DNA of 62,952 nucleotides, the filler included, from Chrysochromulina tobinii (lineage: Eukaryota): assembly GCA_001275005.1 (NCBI GenBank). It is 4 parts of 4 records of this genome, joined end to end, with 100 filler letters (N's around TTAATTAATTAA, not from the genome) between each part and the next. Parts side by side here need not be neighbours in the genome. Positions count along the whole stretch, not along the records: positions 20,966 to 49,921 come from JWZX01001367.1; positions 50,022 to 62,952 come from JWZX01001368.1; 2 more parts are not named here. One strand, written 5' to 3'. Made by a program: the position numbers and the translations under genes. Position 1 is the first letter of the stretch. Each line of letters opens with the position of its first letter. The notes below the pieces were generated by a model. It was given only the letters and a program-made list of their open reading frames with translations, was not told where the DNA came from and ran no database searches. Positions 46,601-50,809 of the stretch are shown piece by piece.

Positions 46601-49161
46601 GGGCGGCGGACAAAGAGCTGTGAGGCGAGAAACTCGAGCGAGAAGTCGAAGAAGGACGAGGTGCTGAGCGCAAAGAGGCGCCCCGGCTTGTGCACACCGT
46701 TGAGCATCTCTGTGAGCGCAAGCGGCTTGTCGGAGGTCCTGCGGCGGAGGACGGCATCAAACATCGCATACAGCGCTGCGAGTGTGGCGAGGTGCTCGCC
46801 CTGGCACGCTGCACCACCGCGGCCGTGCTGCTTGCTCTCCGTGCGCTCGTGCTGTTGCACTTGGGAGGTGAACAATGCGGCGAGGTAGTGCTCCGTGAGG
46901 GCCTGCAGCTGCGCCAGTAGCAGCTGCTGCTCGTACCGCGTGAAATGGTTGCGCTCGCTCGGCGCCGTTGCCTCGCCCAAACCGGCAGCAGTGGCACCGC
47001 TTGTCGGGTTGTACAGGTCGTTCTTGGAGCCGCCGCCGATGCGCCACGGCAGCGGCAGCGGCAGGAGGTGGCAGACGGAGTGCTCAATCAGAGCTTCCAC
47101 CATGTGCGTCGCGGCGAGCTCCTCGAGGCCGTGGCTGCCCTGCCGCAGCTCGTCGCAGATGACGACAATCAGCTCGATGGCCTTTGCGAGCTTGGCGATG
47201 CTCCGCAGCCGCCCCGCCGGACGATAATAGACGCCGTTCACGTTGAGGTAGTGGAACGAGCGCGCTTCGAACGACTCGGACGGCGCGTGCTCGACGCGGA
47301 TTTCCTCGAGCTCCTCGGCACTGAAGTTTGTCTGGCTCGAGAGCCGACTCGCGAGGGCCCCCCAATGGGGCCTCTCCACTGGCAGCTCTTGCTCGGGGTC
47401 GGGCATCGTGCCGTCTGGGAAGCGCTCCCAGCGCCGCGCACTCGGGATGGGGCTCTCTGCAAGGAAGCCACGGTGTAGGTCGAGGAGGACGGTCGTCGAG
47501 GTACGCGCCGCCTCCTTCATCTGCTCGAACGGCAGTACGTCGACAAGGAGCTCGAAGCCGAGGAACCGATGGAACTCGTCGGTAGGCATCAGCGGCGGCA
47601 CATCGAGCCGCTCGATGGCGCTCGCGCGCCCGTCGACGATGCGCCCAGCGCGCAGCTGGCCCGCCTTGCTCCGGATATTCGCGATTCGCTCGTGCACCTC
47701 CTTGTGCACCTCGCTCGCCATCCCACCACCTGCCGCCGCAGACGACGATGACGATGCTTGGATAGGGAAGGTATCGAGCGTCTTTGCAAGCGCGCGCTGC
47801 GTGATGAGCTCGATCGTCAGCACGTCACTCTCGACGACGAGCAACTTGTCGGCGAGCAACTTGTCCACATCCGCCTCGACCGCGACGAGCGTCTGCTGCT
47901 GGAGTCGCACGACAAGCGTCGCCGAGAGGCGCGCGAGGACTTGCCGCGCCTCCGGGCTGAGGTTGACAGGGCGGTCGAGCAAGCAGTTGAGCGCAGCGAC
48001 GACAGTCGCCTGGTTCACGGAGGCGTCTTCAGCAAAGCGCACCATCTCGGCAGTGCACCATTCATGAATGGGGGTGTGGTCGAAGGCTGCGCGCAGCGTG
48101 GTGCCGGGTGGGAGCAGATGCGGCACGAAGCATTCGTAGAAATCTGCGAGCATGGGATTTCGAAGGTCGACACTCAGCAGCGGTGTGCATCGGGGGTAGC
48201 GGGTCGAGGGGCGCGGGTCGAGGGGCGACACAGGTCGGATCGAAAACTCCGCAGATTCCGCACATAGGTAGGCTTTGGAATTGACGGTGAGATCGTACGA
48301 CACGGGTTTGGTGCGAAGCTGAACGAGCATCCAGCAGACAGCCGCGTCCTCGAGCTTCTCGCTCGCAATGTGTTCCAAGTGCACACACGGGCGCAGCCGC
48401 ACCGAAGGCGGCACGGCGTCTGTAGACGGATGGTATTGGAAGGCGCCGTCGCCGGTATTGATCAACGTCATCGAGAAGTGCGAGTCGCTCTCGCGCTGGA
48501 TGACGAGCAGCACGAGGGTGAAGGAGCGCCCCTTTGCAGGATCCGGCCAGTGGGCGAAGCCGCCCGGGAAGAGCATCAGCTCGCCGACGGGCAGATCGGT
48601 AAGCTGAGCGCGGAGCTCCACCGCCTTTGCGTGGATCTGCGGCGCGCGGTGCTCATCCTTATCGATAGTGAGAAGGGGCGCGAGCTTTTGCTCCCACTTG
48701 GCCGCGCCGCGGAAGGCGCTCGCGAGCACGCTCGCCGCGCCGCCCACCTCCTGGAGCAACGATGCCCTTAGCACCTCCTCCTTGGCCTTGCTCTCGGTGG
48801 CTTTTTCCAGCGCGTCCGCAAACTCATTCATCATCGTCGAGAGCGGCGACACGCTCTCGTCAAAGTCGTCGCCGCTGCCCATGTTGCCGTCCACTTCGGC
48901 GTCTACGAGCTCTCGCTCCTTCTCGCTCAGCGGCCCGACGAAATTCTCTAGTTCGGCCAGCAGCTCCTTGCGCCTCCAGATGGGCTGAGTGGTGATGAGC
49001 CCCACCGTCACGTCCACCTCGGCTCCGGTGTCCCCGAGTGCCCCAGCTGGGCGGCGTGGGGTATGGGAATCGTCAGATGCGAAGTAGGAGCGCAAGAAAC
49101 TGTCCCACGCCGCCGCAGCAAGCATGCTGCCGTCATCATCCGCGGCGTCATGCTGGCTCAT
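22597..49161 (-). CDS. Giant (~8,850 aa) multidomain protein: CUB-like, UBA-like, FN3, DUF3638/DUF3645 SF2-helicase-like ATPase, degenerate ATP:guanido phosphotransferase, 3x SPRY, RI-type LRR, ankyrin repeats, polycystin (PKD2/TRPP-like) channel
   Basis: Stop-free 26.6-kb frame; first ATG at 49161; probable in-frame 120-nt intron 48263-48144 (GTGCGG...CTCGCAG). Motifs: FLMGSGKTT (~37400), LIDEVD (~36870), AVPFVGKDAPS...EFSNPDV (~36030), GFSGTPS (~35550), QACWRMRQLG (~35035), WVNAEEHLR (~32420). SPRY x3 at ~29920-28010, LRR ~27740-26990, ANK ~25700-25170. Channel at ~24770-23290 (LLGAVRLRLVR, TRALFIDYTLYN, YFSTVWNFLDV, LLSNIFIAIISEEY). Confidence 0.88.
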   Translation of the reverse strand: MSQHDAADDDGSMLAAAAWDSFLRSYFASDDSHTPRRPAGALGDTGAEVDVTVGLITTQPIWRRKELLAELENFVGPLSEKERELVDAEVDGNMGSGDDFDESVSPLSTMMNEFADALEKATESKAKEEVLRASLLQEVGGAASVLASAFRGAAKWEQKLAPLLTIDKDEHRAPQIHAKAVELRAQLTDLPVGELMLFPGGFAHWPDPAKGRSFTLVLLVIQRESDSHFSMTLINTGDGAFQYHPSTDAVPPSVRLRPCVHLEHIASEKLEDAAVCWMLVQLRTKPVSYDLTVNSKAYLCAESAEFSIRPVSPLDPRPSTRYPRCTPLLSVDLRNPMLADFYECFVPHLLPPGTTLRAAFDHTPIHEWCTAEMVRFAEDASVNQATVVAALNCLLDRPVNLSPEARQVLARLSATLVVRLQQQTLVAVEADVDKLLADKLLVVESDVLTIELITQRALAKTLDTFPIQASSSSSAAAGGGMASEVHKEVHERIANIRSKAGQLRAGRIVDGRASAIERLDVPPLMPTDEFHRFLGFELLVDVLPFEQMKEAARTSTTVLLDLHRGFLAESPIPSARRWERFPDGTMPDPEQELPVERPHWGALASRLSSQTNFSAEELEEIRVEHAPSESFEARSFHYLNVNGVYYRPAGRLRSIAKLAKAIELIVVICDELRQGSHGLEELAATHMVEALIEHSVCHLLPLPLPWRIGGGSKNDLYNPTSGATAAGLGEATAPSERNHFTRYEQQLLLAQLQALTEHYLAALFTSQVQQHERTESKQHGRGGAACQGEHLATLAALYAMFDAVLRRRTSDKPLALTEMLNGVHKPGRLFALSTSSFFDFSLEFLASQLFVRRPRALRARRAALRYFGAESDFSPAKTKERGQELLVLMGKFSVIAEKDQDVKGQSSQNGRVTNFNVGSRGGAREDGIEEIVMDLIQVHDLDDKDIRPPKYLHESRQKPIKNALAGTGALKTYRQLTQEWALLDVPVPEFDALRDMLILFKAGVDWKVACTKMKQVRSTTTFLPRDVSPGIFCNDVGTNDGADKIIVAVWFGKSRRYLMTGSGSGIDGDCLHGLDSDLRTLRLDGLGVQSSLVCQLQTETQIRAETEAIQKKPNEIPHRLRHVSLTEDEILLKRDLPKTFLRSLTKQEAESLLTLLAAPFVSLSLVLDFFVDKVARCLLDNSLCLILTKLLWQPEAFCDASVDAGDLSVPLKRKPLREDDPRTERDICLGTPHGLMAWELRLRPAVVLRATLRLCKAGLSYSVVPSSSSYVALLLFLVRLATTVEAAALAVLETLYMEEEEGEDPSLSLSEQKRAAHKTHKTMAAAHLDETAEHLAALRKDFLVHAASLLEHWLVEHASGEQHNKTLAPVVFHSHLILIRGNLHRGWPDAIVDAIARKQGASKSPASDAESAMAISPSLAVVAQWMRSASIEEVDVDTAWLMYLLKGCHDAAPAELLPNVYATIQESRSTVLACARRMQRGNEAAKLDGMLERIVRVAQREQSGGELVQAGGGGRARQKTDKWKALGAQPLSCSQSVHSPGWHETADKRTQRYPPSTRFFREVRFPNASRIVITFHEDTELEQDNDYVTFYKDASCTSHWGERRYSGRAGWPGVNGVSALVVPDDHVFVHFRSDASIGERGFHFTAQAPVSEGSARQLLAVHHGANSKPFDADEGMGEQDDGEEDDGEEDDALFACRMALKASDNDYHRARAYLDSNFESLKADGRRERQRLQNMAIGGIYEERKNQLRVSLQTGEVTINGRALIPVPEKVASHEDFRAAMGWGAMFCSTMGSNEEGEWLQIKRRTDGALIDAFAYKTKPAELPNAIRARQELAKLGEELEALEGATSAAHCGSEPELRGVLSRTIDALRDLHIDKKDAAALRTRCLETLAHLGVSRKPNGLCFLVDVANCQALAASLPEQVLPLPAERQLFAHLLHHGALDALAKQRERRREVKGSKAASSSTSGPWILGGLDERALTPGLPPPLLAQEKEGLRFCGRLFQPVSVLQPERTAANEPTDGGNVSAEADAPSREPWMLLFWRKLRYTRAQPGDLQDLLEKLLLFYCPDAQMPLLMYMPAFGDHADGNPGMLYEVGPPSAQPESARPDFIVRALVPCGQQAFSRLSVYSSNKEACLFGHTCYLAQAGSNGEPILPGLRHEGGFLFGILYKPTGELLDPDVDPRTQQRSSLRHVGLRCTRPDVQRTADMKALCSANLSHLSEDELWLHLQYVPPRLVDGLLPGVLTRSFEFWLAGPRTLWGYRMTAALQSRDDEEIHASKSMKSVYRKEWYDGFALHIVLDSSGNAATVRRIRRFDPVRRDFQRDNEPPVLTLLNVLRCPPHSTAQRLLRVLVRLVPQTEMLFWTDAAEPTDGEGCRLHSIQIPRHELTFRPTMVWEPGASDPSLRIMCDELTSMWLVEDCEQPALQKHIQRLRHGVWLTNSEHEYFLLLPLLKLEQRLIPFCKLSTDYHFAYTYAIGRQSHVGFRTPVYSINAHPHAGDPVSYFLYPLHVSGSHLRITSVAAALHLAHLRLMTREYNAVPPLIKAAFKDVPYDDQIEGGLVVEILNFKESSHIAVDGIACIMPLILACLENGFWRTVSIAALQGNSIRTIYMRYVIGIKDVSPECLVEPEHELLLCEWLGMLGRQELIKAELRLLKSDKTSESLPIPPARTAGGEFQRRNRELEPRANGGVFWREWISRCPKILANARAHFLEGPPGPPMKLRIARRETHCIMLAWDQPAAETPSGLWWEAIGTSRPSAAEDLELHNDELCRELPSHNEFTTSEWQKFRVGSLKAGQFIKGCDGQFYKPVLVKIAPVEGYIIEHRVVGTESGDAHVWINTLSELEMVRKGRKGGEKGVEKEKRGEKPVVVWQTTTSFLLGGGDMAEVLQREVSYTFRVIAVSRKGTSDPLEMQDPAKTKTEGIGPVAPNQKDAKEIADRDVTKELPSRSRAATVEGYNQTECWPEALRFTPTTAEPTSSRQQMVNLLKMLQNDGLWQRHVQMGFPYLYGLVTGRCRLRLSETFDKTSEEPEPATAPSEAEQYPGMEHSYEDESADIIPSVVVHPLDLDESRTSSSDPTAAVPAENLSVLKMVLCKILMRSLVDQGDATVENHEGLVALLSVLVEVMQFDAGRKLMHTLPLFPVARNVAALDSTAGLRVDAGQAFTFFQILFRETPRMVALLREEEAGVGKEGGKEGAGEEEGGKEKGGEEEGGKEKGGEVQQTGMLADLRQFSQRFFGDFGTAERAAAAAPTVETVADDDNQEAPGVKQDERAPEGGKEEGGEEEAALTEEQQQVLSRFERATSQKDVYVKLSRHDIRPVNIQVSESANASALLELPRPADARLTLQEVKEPLHAFADEHTEEQARVVEAESQLETPFVSELKNIWSTRFHEDYPKKKDPGDNEYDSRRAPGLPDQRLVESLVVDLEYEQKQKAEDPRPRVQLKGLPQIELEQLSDHVQVIERQAKQSTAPSKPVSDPNAASQALARFHERLVRLSVQLSQTIRKETAAMARGVARVEEIGCRADSGSTTQTLARVEEIGSRADSNSTTQTLLLLSQRAVRPSFERLLASMLSSTQEADLRMVDPELCKRMPELNAEIISCQLRGCRLRLLGACAGGCDDLEATTSKMCMRLLAASFAATCPASRAPTAELLQHSLRKHGSDVLKALGGLIQLTEAIKKLAVELQEVSSFSEEEAGHAAYLLVHGCGFDTGAISVKHEPIENTSPTTAAAFAPTVIPSSVPTNLTTVDADAQATALTSTSGKTSSNPATTATTQTASITISPASWALLAGMHVMSAEELMEAVRCTKRGVCWNGVPLDIGSAISNALPPTKAEIDVLAQKAGTLAASLRTKRWFVKQDGATDDVVRKYGSSESVSFDPRFLAFEFAAKFMLRKEQVEMIKGMAEQWKNGQSCCQQFLMGSGKTTVVAPLLALLLGGGGGSESAPSDGSATAGVSSGARLVVQIVPDALLNMSISVMRNAFGTTIVKPIVSFAFERAAAGADMIKLLRGIQRRLSIACDQGGVVCTTPGAIKSIFLSFLDRMHLEERAPRLFFLPKSALKLEKQQRASVDKIALAMRTRSDEADVIQRILCIFQGATALIDEVDMVLHPLRSELNFPIGKKVELQLMRIPEAESEGAKGGKEEDALDEDNGQLRWLLPIHLFDGVYAALENDPMAELAWRKEEALHHHLEDPANEAPLILKQLQECIEAGSVESSIARLPHLVLLQKTFYEKQMRKPLGRWCCLWYLAQACVQKEVKAAKIAHSGALDLGDGVVTYMTTGEINPGDFDDFMRQIVDKQALALLNLCKLYLVSLLPHVLGKRIRVDFGLLQEQDAIRIQQLEFDEKEQRTGKRENPIREELLEIRRKSRELLAVPFVGKDAPSRAAEFSNPDVVIGLTVAAYRIEGLRERYDMAALVKQERLDFDRSTGEESKRPQWVRFDRWIKLGQERWKRTHGEEEVVPGAAGELALNHIRVGDEKQVAQLSKLLHREPSLICFYLDQYCFRLTQRNVEGGGGYAVEKLSACGMDLGSNLFKRVVGFSGTPSSLVPKDMQEREGGIRVQKGSDANMINVLTSPKYVTLQRLKDIAHPWSVEDLLLWVALASPPFHAFIDTGALVTGFTNEEVARYCLTHGLKWAKAAVFLDPQDRQMVVLKGGGPATPLANVSISLSERFTFYDQVHTTGMDIKQAADARAAVTIGKGMVMRDHTQACWRMRQLGEGQTLTVVLPPEIEKLIDSMSDAAEPPSSAGEIVRPVLASTGIAALTARGAKDKKEEAAAAGESTARPALGLFKLSDKGRDPDAPMATPRKDAPETSRRKKAGMPDEPASTKAAAGPAAATRPDGTFVQDLDSQPATVETKPPAPIELKIDLNAIMRWLICNSLDAEMLMAKQLLIQQAQNVLRKHALSLLLRESHDGGDGGGGGGAAAVGGAGRAAADAPLVPSSLFSLSHSDAPGVLIEELPTLTVKLLALHAELKMEEEKESRTADDGQYAHIKNTRDAIHVLVRNLYAPPAPLRDYGHATPEQIIKATINVLSWSGVVADDVSAIFDPTDGSKAGGMDKNELSNLHQCLKNIHDESTYWYWYIFTRFHFPQKTMQSLFTGSVFTEPSKVVANCRQLSQNREEKGGTQPKNEDKQHGTGEKKEETNEDDTMWKALARVSLSPLEWQLLSVQDKPEGGVELSCEKLAAALAEGRTKFSQAEWDAFGVSSLLTENYLHASGKYFGPRPLAKDLLATLKRKSFEPELGGFTIKQCLKPALKEGGPHADMCVAGGISSYKHLRELFLPVVRRLHPYFDKTVKSCSDMWSTEVEMFLASLAVDEAEAKAMEAKAMRARVGELQAQLTNGTITSEGRKELERQEVQLTQLNDEAVVAAQMAAQADETRNFTTHVASVSFWCTRNLSAYPFLPACGPKALQDVSNTFKKAFTEISDTFKKAFTKTQQDLDKLCKKEEAAKASEVLAKRDEGEGSRWKRPSRVAPAAAAPAAAAIEPSGRGEFADPKRCAELFQGVYRELTSIDANEQLNLKAAGALFEQPAIGSLARVVTDDDEQEQAQAHTQIEVEWQKHRALFRNTDHDRSVLAWVNAEEHLRLMVEFKGCDVSETFCAFATVYEMLRWRLKQNGEEYAHDAMFGWVGYDPHQIGTCFEGALRIRLDYNEDKATAETVGDEQADREEETRESILKEFDLKLSSPLTSNAAGSDENSRYEVKETWYMLRTHLRIGKRDERIGKRDAKGVSAMARDDASIISELMLIQDLVHGGAKRLLALDQRLISTAKERNEELQRKACEAKQLREEREAVYHVGLDLLGWPTPKLNGSGNKIPPQEIYTTRLLESGEVIRGCVRLHREDVTESLLIVPKPKFVASDAENVTKTIALYANLALHFDRMQRLQVEGGVHTRINLDSAEAKFVSSRVLLRLQDPSAVFDSILSSTGATDTRTISEIGDYLITQRMMDALKELRDFESSKGKGSSKSAEERGLNTEMVQEQEQQQQVEKVEQQTEFGDFDDYIIREQLRWCPIFVLRASKRETLLREKLLPFETLKMKGETAHEGVLWPEKNAQEMSLLFSPNWAAREYRGSRTRRVRNIEVLVRVIHSPTSSSLVLVTLEEAEGIMRALDALSERAPRTSLDALSERAPRTSNARAAATKQGSDPIIEMYSLQGVLLSRHGTSGGSTEEQEEQKVPKEQKDEAVTVDLGNRLISEQYLLDNLDKDDESQDPERLLMHFGSMREKTSAKERFLLTATFVRLRFWNSEFIFASSELLALLASLKSLGFTASDVAKVFWELHKGRRRDTSQADILNTDLHALLGNKATEWDVLCELENANKKEENLGSKQSTLEERIKEVRKDDATASASRKPVVREARMRGERSAVERADSSVLTPATAEATPAGLSAHLIAVTPETAGELSMVAGTQLELYASNLLWTRSGSFVTVCPRGCLLRPSSGRWYMELNVHRTSASGGTIFGVVTERFNSASKAVGADEFSWGVGEKGLRHANQNTPISSGDLWQDGDVVGCLIDCKQAELRFYRNGLELQGGVASFLDVRGQIGLCPALTIDCGFLGFFNLGESPFRYPPNMAGVKAVYAFVLEQRTLQHLRMSNAPGKMRALFNRRAVKIEPSGNEWSLKRVPNCWRDPTVSLDGVLLTHGKWFFEVDLGTNPFGYMQIGCHDTLFKPASGDQGLGDDKHSWALEVGGFRRRTGLLRHAGKRVKWDDKFKGLSTGLIGCAIDVDRGTIRYVIKDKNGELYVNVAYEGVAFAGGLIPSLTLYCYQPIVRLYDCELLQAAKLPPELAEYRPIGNLLAITKGASVATPMLETSIDRMTKRLLPTSGHNTLFFDDTYKVHCTAFLGSLTAPGLTAYPPSQVPRKLYYEVKIERLGGAGTASDVFDLEAREYVESDDKPGQKVVQEGGPAAFGWATSRFRGDYSQMVGVGDERISWGFAGANLDKDGGKAAKGGDEGEADDRLHQYALFKSADASPSPPIPWHEDNAKWATGGVVGCAITIQPDATGHLDYYYNGKMVHTTRIRDNLLLNGVMPAISLHANMCVTVNFGDGGKFNHAPSGFNPVLSAAASVDAPRSAATPREARRNHKTRSDVLAAAGELTKQSREEGGRLELARSAMEEAKHTGVLWAEGKPTELGEALYRPFITGCSLLNLSELNLSEPLTIAAIFDVLEGQPPAVVEGRPPAVVVSSIVCKRSLLRAVSIETLAQRIESQTQLERLDLSNNTLGAEGIATLAVALRSMNNHALEELDVSDNNVGNEGIAALCSNISAPTVNGPTGLRVLRLARNSISATGVQAIGNALARLPLEELYLDKNGLGPGGAEHLADALSSNSHLRVLSLSETGLRTKGVTSLAEALSHNDTLTRLVLGHGNSIDAEGLGALAEVLKKNENSSLSSLVVHEDAVDLHTRAKLLFSLKAAVTAAKEEAECLLDFGSLLLVDGQTHCKRFFRGPLSFCVRSLMPVQKDDTKDDDRRCDKVQQKAAEKAAKEAVHEAQDERGAKEAWRRELARPRYELAGLLIDDRNAYGSAEKARGVRGRKSYVSDQDAQCALLEVVLLPDVETANLSTLERMVGSGAGFGMRSVTLRAQQGRLANLDTAEKKTKLAEASEPHQAKLEADLHAPEADVKAAQDSSWWGDSRFLPSINHPDQPSQKARPDPAAFLYSADNKLRHVTLNVTLREDLWSAALPVPNTQLYKDLLSTFAWNAVAPPIVGTGSAQPDGQPTVPNRTVLLAALHEGHQTAALVLARRLNAGPSFEIDAAGKLGTDGEGAMAFSMTLNAAACDELAKGGLHVPPVDTKLTVPEWPDAVGLSAVEGAFDKGGVADRAGAAEALRVAAVRGMPSVVTALLAYRKLALGTTANQPCHKIAGTCGMLTSLRDREGRTLLHDVCRTLLPRGDGIEYAQASSQMVEMTKQVLALKSANGEAVGWGLLHEADNHGRLPLHYAAAFGHVGMLRLEGFLTGNGHEHSESDLLNATDEQGWTPLALAVSNGHLRVAELLVEYGAFPVPIIKDEKRVPCAFVLALLRHHYERVVRPNLSSGALKKADARPAAVSSKEASDPAAVEVHARRLGWLRQRVGARVHGSRSGGQQSSLIESLSEKSKRNAGRALLLAERFLGLMNEQDSTMRYRRSFLWAHEARQAFGFLIYLILLTAVALHTTGVGSWPGRASGSGLSMSFLLQNEVGGLVSGEEFSGINEGARLNGFLDPNGGPLFAGLLEGVDVDPNTQLLGAVRLRLVRSGPAACHDGWLAADGACADDDWYLYAVFEIMRKWFVGGSAPSSLASFAGPASGREYTHCEDGVFCNASGHAARHLFGYWPGDRWFLGTAGYVLDLHPSRTNESAAALQAVIDDGVLEDGLTRALFIDYTLYNRPLSAAVVVHLTVEMPPSGTMIPRAMKVLLPLYWPLYLGERIMVGCEATVVAWTLAQATFELSEACKAGVAVGYFSTVWNFLDVIGLSLLLVWIAARTLWWHALVSWHGLDLQTAAYVGCFQPLSTLILVQRAMLALGLFFQWLRLLGRSENIPKLGPLLHAFFTTLFSFKVLVFIAVTWFFACILGVGTHVAFGNEVQQFDELGSAILASYAAIFGNMDQNVLVEASGGLGALFWIILILFGVALLSNIFIAIISEEYNVHIEECQEKWKERVTHSMQSALWEQITMNKAWRKEPNKNETLFNEIRRVLDQGRDRARRHFQLGDLFRGLGELLAKARVPCCISASGSGWKRWIRRGPLRKAWLGFFLREPFFWEVTGDAEDVDALVEKYTTTVAVHSKGEAGGGNGGGVLWYAHKRDDKGNDWYDDKAIRERFHFSWVALRRWEENEVKIELETEQQLLQRRKEKMMEQMLSQTTATVEQIRFLSEGRSLG

Positions 49162-49765
49162 CGTCTCGAGCTGGTTCTCGAGCGTGGCCCACCGCCATAG
49201 GATTCCAAATGAGGTAAGAATTTTTCCTAACGATTTGTTTTCGAAGAATCCGAGTTCCTTCTTTGGGCGTTCTCTACGCACGTTTTGGGCGTTAATTCCC
49301 ACGCGTTAAATTTCCGATCCTCTCTCGTCCACCCGCGAGTCGTCGTACGGCGTGAAGTCGAAGACTGCTGGAAAGAGCCGCTCGAAGAGCAGCGGCACGA
49401 CCAGGTAAACTCTGCCCAGCCAGCCGAGGGCGAAAAGCAGCTCGCTGTATAGCGTCGCGCGATGTCTGCTCGCAGGTAGGACTGTGGGGCGTCGGCGATG
49501 ATGTTGCACGTGAGCATGGCGCGTGCGCGCGTCGGGCAGATGCCGAAGGAAGATGCACCAGCGGCGCCGCACAGATGCATGTGTAGCCGCGCGCGAGCCG
49601 ACCAAAAAGCTTAATGGAATCCTATTAGAACGACGGATCCCACTCCTGGAGGGGTACATCTCAAAATCCATGAAGGCCCGATATCGACGAGGAAAGCAAC
49701 AACATTTGCCGAAACTTTGCCGAAACGGTAAAGGCACACACATCGCACATCGCCTCCGCACAGGC

Positions 49766-49768
<3 letters not shown>

Positions 49769-49806
<38 letters not shown>

Positions 49807-49825
49807 ATGCGTGGCGTGCGTGCGT
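49769..49825. repeat. (GCGT)n tetranucleotide microsatellite
   Basis: Direct observation. Confidence 0.92.
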
Positions 49826-49921
49826 GAAGCAGTGGCGCGCGAGCACATGCATCTCGCTGCGCATGGCGTCGAGGCAGCTTTGGCCACGGCGGTGCTCGAG
49901 GTGCCGCGCACCCGCCCCGCC

Positions 49922-50021
49922 NNNNNNNNNNNNNNNNNNNNNNNNNNNNNNNNNNNNNNNNNNNNTTAATTAATTAANNNNNNNNNNNNNNNNNNNNNNN
50001 NNNNNNNNNNNNNNNNNNNNN
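49922..50021. other. Artificial contig spacer
   Basis: N run with TTAATTAATTAA. Confidence 0.97.
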
Positions 50022-50697
50022 GCCTGCGGCGGGCTAAGGGGCAACTTGAATACCCCTTCCAGAACGCGCCCCCCTGTCGGTCCTCGACAAGTGGTACCTA
50101 CCCATTGCGACTCGCAGTTCCGACCAACTCAGTTCGGTTGCCAAAAGAGGCCTCCAAATGTCGGTTCTGGGTAACTATCGTGCTTCGTGGAAATTAGGAA
50201 AAGCGCGTAGTGCGTCGCTCTTGGACTTGGTCGAATGCAGTTGGTGCACCCACACTTGTGCACCCGCAGCTCGCATGCTCGCTCGCGGCTCCACGTCGAC
50301 ATAGATGGGCGTCGGCTCGCAGGAAATGTGCGTAACGTTTCGGTTCGCGAGGAATTCGCGAGGTCGTCCGCACGTCGTCCTCGGGCTGCCGGTACCACGG
50401 CGCTACCGTTCTTCGCACTTCGGTCTTGTTCCGGTCCGTATACATGCTGTTCATCACCTCAAGGGGATCACCTATCCAAAAGGCGGCTTGAGGGGGGGGC
50501 ACACCGCACACGCCGCGCGCGGGCGGCCATGCGCAGGGGCGACCGCGTCGGCGGGGCATTCCGGTCATTCCGTCTTTTCTCATTGACATTGTAGATCGGA
50601 TTGGGTCAAATCCCATGGTTATCCCACATTGTTCAAGGTAAATTGTTCTCATGTGATGTGATGTGACACGTTTGCACATGCGGAACTATTCCTGGAG

Positions 50698-50769
50698 AAC
50701 GCGTTCTCTCAGATCTCGGCGGGCCATCAAAGATTTGGCATTTATTGCCTCGATCGTCATGACTACGTT
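50698..50769 (-). promoter_or_regulatory. Candidate type II SECIS element in a 3' UTR
   Basis: Minus strand reads AACGU-AGUCA-UGAC-GAUC-GA-GGC-AAUAAAU-GCC-AA-AUC-UUU-GAU-GGC-CC-GCC-GA-GAUC-UGAG-AGAAC-GCGUU. Helix I AACGU/GCGUU, AUGA.../...GA non-Watson-Crick quartet, helix II GAUC-GA-GGC/GCC-GA-GAUC, unpaired adenines and an apical mini-stem. Folded by hand. Confidence 0.72.
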
Positions 50770-50809
50770 GTTGCACACATGTGAACGCCAGATCCGGTAC
50801 TCGCATATG

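Noticed and set aside
49162..49302. ORF-track N-terminal extension of the giant protein from a GTG
   Set aside because: Eukaryotic gene; the region is AT-richer and UTR/promoter-like, and the first ATG is at 49161.
49306..49720. Possible terminal exon(s) of a small minus-strand gene (...LLFALGWLGRVYLVVPLLFERLFP...)
   Set aside because: Plausible but next to a microsatellite and gap, with no recognisable domain or start; not supportable.
16039..50021. Whole window as one ubiquitin/immunity gene cluster
   Set aside because: Three artificial TTAATTAATTAA spacers join separate contigs, so adjacency across them is not evidence of linkage.
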